Of a DNA stretch of 64,000 nucleotides, positions 1 through 7,291 are shown one piece after another (the stretch's first letter is position 1; each line of letters opens with the position of its first letter). The stretch comes from a virus (Duplodnaviria; Caudoviricetes): the IMG/VR virus record IMGVR_UViG_3300011116_001234, positions 2,212 to 66,211 of that record, one strand, 5' to 3'. Position numbers and translations under genes: made by a program. The notes beneath the pieces were generated by a model. It saw only the letters and a list, made by a program, of their open reading frames with translations. It was not told the DNA's origin and did no database searches.

Positions 1-135
1 ATCAGAGACGGTCCCTGAAAGCTCTCCTAGTTCCAAGAGTAACCCGCAAGGGTTGAACTGGGGCAAACCTCGAAGGGGCAAACCTCGATTATACCGGGGA
101 GCGCATGGTATAAACGCTCAATCTCCAGAAAAGAC

Positions 136-176
136 TTTAATTCCAAAAGGCAATCTGGTAGAGTAGATTCAGAAAG
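136..176 (+). promoter_or_regulatory. Early sigma70-type promoter, repeat 1
   Basis: TTTAAT-17 nt-TAGAGT followed by shared AGATTCAGAAAG. Confidence 0.75.
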
Positions 177-189
177 GTAAGAAAATCAA

Positions 190-333
190 ATGTGCCGCTG
201 CTGCAACAACCCCGGTTTTTCGATCATCTTCAACGTTAGGGGAATCTCTGGGACTCGTTTCACTGGCCGTGTTTTTATCAAAGGCACGACCATCTGCAAC
301 GACTGTGCCAACCTTTTCACTAACGCTTGGTAA
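190..333 (+). CDS. Small Cys-rich protein, 47 aa (not in ORF track)
   Basis: MCRCCNN...ICNDCANLFTNAW; lies between two promoter repeats. Confidence 0.6.
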   Translation: MCRCCNNPGFSIIFNVRGISGTRFTGRVFIKGTTICNDCANLFTNAW

Positions 334-339
334 AAAGAT

Positions 340-380
340 TTTAGATTTTCAAACCCTTCTGGTAGAGTAGATTCAGAAAG
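340..380 (+). promoter_or_regulatory. Early promoter, repeat 2
   Basis: TTTAGA-17-TAGAGT-AGATTCAGAAAG. Confidence 0.75.
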
Positions 381-392
381 AGAGAAGAAGAG

Positions 393-629
393 ATGAAGAC
401 CAGCAAGAGCATCGTGGCCGAGATCACCAACACCTTCAACTTTGGCCTTGATGTGACTTACGAAACCGGTCGTCGGTGGAAGCCTTCTAAGCGTGAGATC
501 ACCAACAATGGTGTCTCTGTCACCATGGGCCACGGTATCACCACCACCATCCCTTGGTCGCACTGCAAGCTGGTTGAAGTAACCAAGGCCACCACCACCG
601 TCGTCGAAGAACGAATCATCACCGTCTGA
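393..629 (+). CDS. Hypothetical early protein
   Basis: Own promoter, C-ending codon bias. Confidence 0.75.
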   Translation: MKTSKSIVAEITNTFNFGLDVTYETGRRWKPSKREITNNGVSVTMGHGITTTIPWSHCKLVEVTKATTTVVEERIITV

Positions 630-638
630 ATAAAAGGG

Positions 639-679
639 TTTAAAAACCCAACACGGTCTGCTACACTGGATTCAGAAAG
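639..679 (+). promoter_or_regulatory. Early promoter, repeat 3
   Basis: TTTAAA-17-TACACT-GGATTCAGAAAG. Confidence 0.75.
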
Positions 680-690
680 GCAAGGCAATC

Positions 691-894
691 ATGCTCCTCA
701 AGTCGCACAAGACCATCCTCGACGCCTTCTACGCTCGCAGCAAGCAGACCGTTGTTGACTATGATGATCTGCCCGCCAGCGTCCGGTTTGCTCTCGAAAA
801 GGTCAAGAACACTGAAACGCTCTGGTGCGATTCGGTGCGATATCTGGGCGATCTGGCAACGAAGGATCTGATCGCCCTCCACGGTAGCTGGTAA
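691..894 (+). CDS. Hypothetical early protein
   Basis: Own promoter, codon bias like neighbours. Confidence 0.75.
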   Translation: MLLKSHKTILDAFYARSKQTVVDYDDLPASVRFALEKVKNTETLWCDSVRYLGDLATKDLIALHGSW

Positions 895-907
895 AAAAAG
901 AAAAGGG

Positions 908-948
908 TTTAGAACCCTTCCCCGGTCTGCTACACTGGATTCAGAAAG
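908..948 (+). promoter_or_regulatory. Early promoter, repeat 4
   Basis: TTTAGA-17-TACACT-GGATTCAGAAAG. Confidence 0.75.
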
Positions 949-966
949 CGAGAGAGAGAAAACATC

Positions 967-1278
967 ATGAGCGCCAACACCATCTGGACCGCTGACCGCA
1001 TCGTGAACCTCCTCAACACCAACAACACCGCCGTGGAGCGTGCCATCATCGCTCTCTACAATCGCCAAACCGCCGACGAAAAGATCGCCCGCAACACCTG
1101 TCACCACAATACCGTTGGCTTCTCCGCCGCCGACGCCAAGACCGGTACCTACCTCGCCAAGTGGCTCCTCTCCGGTAAACACCTCGATGGCAAGTTTCTT
1201 GCCAAGGGACGCAACATCGCCATCAAGTACCGCCGTCAACTCTCCGAGATCGCTGCCGAGAAGACCGCCGCTAGCTGA
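967..1278 (+). CDS. Hypothetical phage protein (RQTxDE...NxVGF motif)
   Basis: Own promoter, strong C-ending codon bias. Confidence 0.8.
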   Translation: MSANTIWTADRIVNLLNTNNTAVERAIIALYNRQTADEKIARNTCHHNTVGFSAADAKTGTYLAKWLLSGKHLDGKFLAKGRNIAIKYRRQLSEIAAEKTAAS

Positions 1279-1338
1279 ACCATAAACACAGAGGGGAGCG
1301 CATTCTGAAATCACGCTCAACATTATCCAGAAAAAGGT

Positions 1339-1373
1339 TTTAGAAAACCCAACCCAAAAGCTAGAGTAGAACC
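1339..1373 (+). promoter_or_regulatory. Early promoter, repeat 5 (leaderless)
   Basis: TTTAGA-17-TAGAGT-6 nt-ATG. Confidence 0.7.
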
Positions 1374-2408
1374 ATGAAGTACGGAATCGAACTGGAATGC
1401 TGGTTCCCCTCCAACGGCAACAACGCCTTCAACACCGCAGCAGATCTCATGCGTGCGGCTGGCCTCACCGGCTTTGAAGCCAAGTACGATGGTTCCCTCT
1501 ACAATGGTCCCTCCGGTTTCGCCGGAATCGAATTCGTCTCCCCGATTCTCGATTCCGACAACGCCTCGCACACCGCTCAAGTACAGGCACTCTGTGCCAT
1601 GCTCCAGAACGCAGGATGCCGTGTGGACCGACACTGTGGCTTCCACGTTCACCTCGACGCCGCCACCCTCTCGACCGACGATGTGAAGCGAGTGTTCGCC
1701 CGCTACACCGACGCCGAGGGCGAGATCGACGCCTTTATGCCGGGAAACCGTCGTGGCGACGCTACTACCTACGCCAAGAGTGGCAAGAACCATACCGCAG
1801 CAGTCAATGCTGCCCAAACCAAGACCGCCCTCGCCCGTTCCCTCCCCGACCGTTACTTTCGGGTCAACCTTGCTTCCATGGATCGTCACGGCACGCTGGA
1901 GTTCCGGCAACACTCCGCAACCATCAACGCTAACACCGTACTCCGTTGGGTTAGCTTCCTCGTACAATTCGTCAATGCCTCCCGTGTCCAACCCGTTGCT
2001 ACGGCTGCCGTTGCTGTTCCCGTGATCCGTCGTCGGGGCCGTCAACCTTCCGCTACCGGCATCCCCGCAGGTATGCAGAAGATCCTCAATGCCTTCATGG
2101 CTGCGGGCACGAGCCTTCGACTCTCCGCTCTGGTAGCAGCAACGGGTCTGACACCTAACAGCGTGCGTGCCTATATCTCCACCCTCAAGACCCAGCATGG
2201 CATGAATATTGGAAAGAGCCTGCTCCAGAATAGCTCCACCGATCCCCTGTACGTCTGGCGCAACATGGGTGCCTCGCCCCGTACCTCTACCGCTCGCTCC
2301 ACCGTTGCCACGGTCCCTGCTACCCTCACCCTCTGGTCTGGAATCGATAAGGCTATCGTCGCCCACTACCAAGAGCGTGCCATGGAACTCGCAGCCTTCG
2401 CTCGCTAG
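1374..2408 (+). CDS. Putative amidoligase (COOH-NH2 ligase) with C-terminal HTH-like domain
   Basis: GIELE, DGSL, EFVSP, CGFHVH, TLEFRQH motifs. Confidence 0.85.
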   Translation: MKYGIELECWFPSNGNNAFNTAADLMRAAGLTGFEAKYDGSLYNGPSGFAGIEFVSPILDSDNASHTAQVQALCAMLQNAGCRVDRHCGFHVHLDAATLSTDDVKRVFARYTDAEGEIDAFMPGNRRGDATTYAKSGKNHTAAVNAAQTKTALARSLPDRYFRVNLASMDRHGTLEFRQHSATINANTVLRWVSFLVQFVNASRVQPVATAAVAVPVIRRRGRQPSATGIPAGMQKILNAFMAAGTSLRLSALVAATGLTPNSVRAYISTLKTQHGMNIGKSLLQNSSTDPLYVWRNMGASPRTSTARSTVATVPATLTLWSGIDKAIVAHYQERAMELAAFAR

Positions 2409-2420
2409 AGCTTAGGTCTA

Positions 2421-2452
2421 CCCGTCCAGAGCCTTCAAACCCTCTGGACGGG
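2421..2452 (+). terminator. Strong hairpin after early cluster
   Basis: CCCGTCCAGAG...CTCTGGACGGG; no U tract. Confidence 0.45.
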
Positions 2453-3204
2453 CAACCCATCCCCTCCGTACCCTAGAACGCTCCATAACCCCAGAATTGG
2501 CGTTTTCAATAGCGCCAAACAAACGGCTTCTCCAACTGGCTCTGGCAGTATCGCTAGAGCCAATTCCTTTTCAACCCCCGCCAGAACCAGCAATATCGCC
2601 AAGGCAGCAACAAGAACGCAGATAAAGGCAAAAAAGGGATTGTTTCAAAAAAGCTTCAAATACAGATATCCCGTGAAGGTGTCCTATCCTAACCCTTGAA
2701 AACAAAAGGAAAAAAGAGCAGGGGAAAGCAGGGGGGAGGTGAAGTCCCCTAAAATCCCTTGAATCATAGCAATCCCCCCACGGCATCCTCGCCCATGGCA
2801 TCCTAGTGTACCCCCTACCACCCCCCCTCATAGCCCGCCCGTATCAGATACCCCCCGGCCCTCCCCACCTGGGGGGGAGGCCCCCCGGCCATGATATGCT
2901 GGGGCAGCAGGAGGTTTGAGGGCTAAGCCCCCGCATCTCGCAAAGACTTTTTTTCTTGGACCCTTTTTTGTTGGTTTCAATTTTTTTGGGAAAAATTTTT
3001 CTGGGGAAAAAAATCTTTTTGGAAATTTGTTATATTTAGAGTTTGATAGCTTTGTGTTTCTCTCTAAGGACTAACGGCGTCGTTGACTAGATATGAGTGA
3101 CGAGAGAGGGATAAGGGGATCAAGTCAGTTTAGGGTGGAAACCGAGCCACCATCGAGGTTAGCCCAAGGGATATAGATGCCCGAGGGCTTTAAGTGTTTG
3201 TTGT

Positions 3205-4014
3205 TTAGTCGAAGAATACAAGGGTTCCTTCGGCACCTGAACGACGGATACCGATGTTTCCTGCATGGAAGTCACGGATACCTTTGCCACGGAGTTTCCA
3301 CATACCTGTTATTAGGTTTTCGTACCAATCTGATCTTAGTCTTAGTTCTTCTCCGATATCCTTGATTAGTTCTTTTTGATCATCGTCGAAGGGATCTTGT
3401 GAGAGCAAGTCTTGGAGGTTATAACCGACGATGAACTTTTCTGCTATGGCATCTAGGAAGAGTTCCATTTCTAGTTCATTGTCTGGTATTTCTAGTTTTT
3501 CCATGATTATCCAGTTGATTTCTTGGTTATGGAATTTGAAAGTACCTTGGTCATAGATCATAGGGACGTAGTTAGCGATGCTTTCATTATTGGAAGAGGA
3601 TTCACGTACAGTTGTTTGTGTGGTTGATGGGGGAGGAGATTTTGTTGGGATTGGTTTTCCATACAGGTCTGCTGATGCTTTTTCTGCACGTTTTTTGGAG
3701 GAGAACGTTGTGTCCCAAGGAGTTTCCAGTTCAAGTTTAAGGATTTGGTTGTTTCCGAGGGTGAAGGCATCACCTTTGGAGCCACCTCCGAGGTGTTCAA
3801 AGGTTTCTGCATTTTTGGTTATTCTATCAAAGGTGTTTTTGTTTTGTTGATAGAAGTCTTCGGTTAGTTTTTGGTAGGTTGGGTAACTGTTTGCGGTGGC
3901 GATTTTTTTTAGTTCTTTTTTTGTATCGCTGTCGGAATTTTTCATCATATCTGTTAAAGCTGATATGATTTGATTATGGGTTGGGGATTCAAAGAGGAGT
4001 TTATATAGTTTCAT
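3205..4014 (-). CDS. Protein kinase-like protein with MKLYKLLFE tag
   Basis: LGGGSKG, ILK, IIMEKL, DFHAGN, terminal FFD. Confidence 0.75.
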   Translation of the reverse strand: MKLYKLLFESPTHNQIISALTDMMKNSDSDTKKELKKIATANSYPTYQKLTEDFYQQNKNTFDRITKNAETFEHLGGGSKGDAFTLGNNQILKLELETPWDTTFSSKKRAEKASADLYGKPIPTKSPPPSTTQTTVRESSSNNESIANYVPMIYDQGTFKFHNQEINWIIMEKLEIPDNELEMELFLDAIAEKFIVGYNLQDLLSQDPFDDDQKELIKDIGEELRLRSDWYENLITGMWKLRGKGIRDFHAGNIGIRRSGAEGTLVFFD

Positions 4015-4039
4015 GTTGGTATGTAGCTAATTAGGTTTT

Positions 4040-4774
4040 ATGAACAAAATTACGAATAAAGATCAACGTCGAGAGTTGGTTGATGGATTAATGAAAGGGA
4101 TAGAGTCCGAGTTCTCTGGAGTTGATATTTGGTTGTCATATGACAAGTTTACCGACTCTGTTGTGTTGTCAAAGATAGTGATTGATAAGAAGTTAAGGGG
4201 CAAGGGGATTGGTAGTGCTGTTATGAAGCGTATAACCGATTTTGCTGACAGTAATGGGATGAAGGTTGTGCTTACCCCGTCTAGTGATTTTGGTGGCTCT
4301 GTAGGGCGTTTAAAGGGGTTTTACAAGGGGTTTGGGTTTAGGGATTATCGTGGATATGAGCACAGAGAGACGATGGAGAGAGGTCCAGTTATGAAGTTAT
4401 ATGAGATATTGTTTGAAAATAAAGAAAGAAAAGATCCTAAAGAATTAATAGATCTTATAGTGTCACAATTGACGGATGATTTACGTAGAGCGCCATATAA
4501 GGGTGATCCTAATCCATTAACGGGCCATTGTTATGTTGCGAGCGAAGCTTTATTATACTTGTTGGGATCAGATGAATGGAAGCCTTGTAATATATCTCAT
4601 GAGGGAAGTCCTCATTGGTATTTAAAGAACAAAACAACTGGGGAAATATTAGATCCTACGGCTGGTCAATTTAAAACTCCTGTTCCTTATGAGTTGGGTA
4701 AAGGAAAAGGCTTTTTAACAAAAGAACCCAGTAAACGAGCAAAAGAATTGTTAAGGAGACTTAATTCTTTATGA
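4040..4774 (+). CDS. GNAT acetyltransferase fused to a tagged Cys-His-Asp domain
   Basis: RGKGIGS and FYKGFGF; internal MKLYEILFE at 4391, then GHCY, HWYL, DPTAGQF. Confidence 0.7.
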   Translation: MNKITNKDQRRELVDGLMKGIESEFSGVDIWLSYDKFTDSVVLSKIVIDKKLRGKGIGSAVMKRITDFADSNGMKVVLTPSSDFGGSVGRLKGFYKGFGFRDYRGYEHRETMERGPVMKLYEILFENKERKDPKELIDLIVSQLTDDLRRAPYKGDPNPLTGHCYVASEALLYLLGSDEWKPCNISHEGSPHWYLKNKTTGEILDPTAGQFKTPVPYELGKGKGFLTKEPSKRAKELLRRLNSL

Positions 4775-5289
4775 AACTATCAAAGATATTGTTTGAGAGT
4801 GATGTATATCGGTTAGATTCCCAGCGGATTAAGAGTTTCAAAGATTCATTGAGAACATACGCTCACTCACCGGATTGGACTGAATCTGGGATATCTGGTG
4901 AAGATGAAGAAGTTCCCGAGGGAATGCAAAGAAGCAAAGTATTGTTTGCTGTTGGGGATATAAAGGATGTTGTTCCATATATGGCTCCAAGAGAGATACC
5001 TCGCATATGGACGGAAGACACATTATATTTCAACAAGGGTGATGAACGTGTTTTAAGAGGTCACAGTGCATGGTTGAGTGTTTTTGATGGTGATCGATTC
5101 AAGTATATGGCTAACAGCAACGAATATGTTAGTGACAATCCCGGTGATCCTATAAAGCAAATGCAGGTAAAGGATGCTGTTGGTTTTATGGAATTGAATG
5201 GTTATCGGGTTGAATTTGTGGATAATGTAGGTGAGAAGGCTGCGGAGTTTGATAAGGATGGTATTGAATATAATGCAGAGGGAGTATGA
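4771..5289 (+). CDS. Hypothetical protein with MKLSKILFE tag
   Basis: ATGA-coupled to upstream ORF. Confidence 0.75.
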   Translation: MKLSKILFESDVYRLDSQRIKSFKDSLRTYAHSPDWTESGISGEDEEVPEGMQRSKVLFAVGDIKDVVPYMAPREIPRIWTEDTLYFNKGDERVLRGHSAWLSVFDGDRFKYMANSNEYVSDNPGDPIKQMQVKDAVGFMELNGYRVEFVDNVGEKAAEFDKDGIEYNAEGV

Positions 5290-5354
5290 GGTTAAGTGAG
5301 ATATTGTTTAGGGAAACGAGTTATAATCTTACTCGTCGGGATGTTGGAGGCTAG
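5286..5354 (+). pseudogene. Tag-only stub MRLSEILFRE... (22 aa)
   Basis: ATGA overlap with upstream gene; tag then early stop. Confidence 0.55.
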
Positions 5355-5385
5355 CTTCTGAGAAAAGGATCGGATATAGCTTCAT
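5329..5385 (-). pseudogene. Tag-only stub MKLYPILFSEASLQHPDE (18 aa)
   Basis: CTAGTTAT motif just upstream; tag nearly identical to those at 11034 and 16645. Confidence 0.6.
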
Positions 5386-5394
5386 GAGCTATAA

Positions 5395-6417
5395 CTAGTT
5401 TATGGGTGTGCAGCTTGTTCGAATCCATGCTGTAGTAAAATCACCTGTTCTAGAGCAAACATATGTTTCTCTATCTGTTCTACTACGCACACAAGATCCT
5501 ACGTTAATATCTCTTGTAAGAGTTGTGCTATAGCACGTTGTAGGTGTTTGTTCTGGATTTATAACGGTTAAAGGATAGCTCATTGCACAACGAAGCATTC
5601 CACGTTCCCATACCCCATCACTTGCACAGGTATACCATTGACGATCTGATCTAGCTTGCACGCAAGTATCTGCTGGAACGAATCTTGCTAGTGTTGCGCT
5701 ATGACATTGTTGTACCGGAGGAAATGAGGATGATCCTACAAAGTATATTGTTCCATCCCATTCCCAATGCCAATCTTCTGAGGGTACTGTTCTACGGAAT
5801 CCAAAGGATGCTGCATGGTTAATAAGCCAAGAATTTGCTGCTGTACCTAAATCCAACGCAATACCGGATTGGTGATTAGAGAAGCCGGGATAAGCCGCAA
5901 GGTTTCCAACACCTCTGCGATAAAGATCATAAAGATAGCGTTGTTGATCCATTGTTCTAAAGCCACTATTAAGAACAAGAGATATTCCACTGGCTCTTGC
6001 AGCATTTTGCATACGCATAAATGCTCTTGCTGTGTTTACTTCAATCAGTTTACCTTGAAGGGTAACAACACAAATCGTGCGAGGTACACCGTGATTATAA
6101 CCTTGAACAGTTCTACAGTTTTCCAGTGCTGCTGCACATTGAGCAATACCTGCTGTTAGGTTCACACAAGCTGGTGCATCATTGATTTCTGGTGCCATCT
6201 CTCTTTGTTCTTGTTCAAAATGGCTAATAGCCGCCAGGGATGGTGAACTTTCCTCATCAAGATTATTGATGATTCTAGAGTTTGCACTCTCTTGTTCAGA
6301 CAATGGATTATCCACAATTGGTGGATACTTGTTGGGGGTTGGTGTTAAAGAGGAGTCTGTTGGGGCTGCACAGGCTGTTAGAAGGAGAACTGTTAGAAGA
6401 GTGATGAGGTGTTTCAT
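5395..6417 (-). CDS. Lipoprotein M15 (VanY-like) Zn peptidase with two Cys-rich C-terminal repeats; candidate lysin
   Basis: Lipobox LTAC; SGFR, SNHQSGIALD, EDWHW; start moved to MKHL because the longer ORF overlaps tmRNA. Confidence 0.85.
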   Translation of the reverse strand: MKHLITLLTVLLLTACAAPTDSSLTPTPNKYPPIVDNPLSEQESANSRIINNLDEESSPSLAAISHFEQEQREMAPEINDAPACVNLTAGIAQCAAALENCRTVQGYNHGVPRTICVVTLQGKLIEVNTARAFMRMQNAARASGISLVLNSGFRTMDQQRYLYDLYRRGVGNLAAYPGFSNHQSGIALDLGTAANSWLINHAASFGFRRTVPSEDWHWEWDGTIYFVGSSSFPPVQQCHSATLARFVPADTCVQARSDRQWYTCASDGVWERGMLRCAMSYPLTVINPEQTPTTCYSTTLTRDINVGSCVRSRTDRETYVCSRTGDFTTAWIRTSCTPIN

Positions 6418-6466
6418 ACTTCTAACTATACCACGAAACCTTTCGGAACTACAATGTTTTTTGTTA

Positions 6467-6822
6467 GGTGGATCTAGAGGGAGTCGAACCCTCGTCCAGA
6501 AAAGCATCGAAACAAATCTACTACGCAATGTAGTTTGTCTTTATACTGTCTCATGACTTCAACAAACAAAACCCATGAGAAGCGTCTTTAGTGTCTTAAT
6601 CCCGTTTACAAATGACAAATCTAACGAGAAGCAATCTGATTGTTGACAAACCTACAACGTACAGATGGAACTTTGTAGGCCCGTCTAGGTCACTGTATCA
6701 AGCAGCGAGAGCTAGAGGTTGTGCGTTATCGTTTGCACTTACGTTTGCACATTGTTAGAGCGGCTATACCCCGCTGTTACGCAATTTGTTCTTATCTTCC
6801 CTGTCGAAACCTTTATAGACCC
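6467..6822 (-). ncRNA. ssrA: tmRNA, tag ANDNAQPLALAA
   Basis: GGGTCTA/TAGATCC acceptor with G3:U pair, TTCGACT T-loop, tag ORF 6736-6698. Confidence 0.95.
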
Positions 6823-6825
6823 TTA

Positions 6826-7254
6826 TTAGAGCTCCACATATGATCTTACAACCTGTGGTGCTCCTCCATCATCATGTCTAACGATCTCACAGATGGCTGC
6901 ATAGTTGACACCTAGTTCTTTTTTGATGTAGTCAAGAGCTAGTTTACAATCATAATCTTTACAACTAAACACATCAAGTTGAAAAAACTTTCTCATTTCC
7001 CATGTGTGGATTGAGATATGTGAAGTTGAGATAACGACCATACCTGTTGTTCCACCTTCATCCTGAAACTTTCCACCTGATTGAACTGCTGCGAGTTTTT
7101 CTGGGTCAAGTTCTACATCTTTGAACACTGGTCCAAAGATGATTTCCATGTCGAGAAGTTTTGTGAGTCCACAGAAAAAGTTGTTTAGATTTTCATGTGA
7201 GAATACTTTTGCATCTTCAACTCTTGCATCGATTGTAATGTGTCTACCGGCCAT
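6826..7254 (-). CDS. speD: S-adenosylmethionine decarboxylase proenzyme family
   Basis: GTTGMVVISTSHISIHTW, LDVFSCK. Confidence 0.85.
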   Translation of the reverse strand: MAGRHITIDARVEDAKVFSHENLNNFFCGLTKLLDMEIIFGPVFKDVELDPEKLAAVQSGGKFQDEGGTTGMVVISTSHISIHTWEMRKFFQLDVFSCKDYDCKLALDYIKKELGVNYAAICEIVRHDDGGAPQVVRSYVEL

Positions 7255-7291
7255 TTATATACCTCGTTTGATTATGGAAAACACATAACTA

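Noticed and set aside
1-62. Hairpin as a hammerhead ribozyme
   Set aside because: Core CUGAnGA and GAAA not found in the right arrangement; the element may be cut by the window edge.
130-1373. Repeats as a CRISPR array
   Set aside because: Spacing is 200-430 nt and each interval is a gene; the repeats have -35/-10 geometry.
186-2372. Long minus-strand ORFs 186-563, 661-1323, 1323-2372
   Set aside because: Antisense shadows of codon-biased plus-strand genes that have promoters and motifs.
6418-6528. N-terminal extension of the M15 peptidase
   Set aside because: Overlaps the tmRNA 3' end; the signal peptide starts at 6417.
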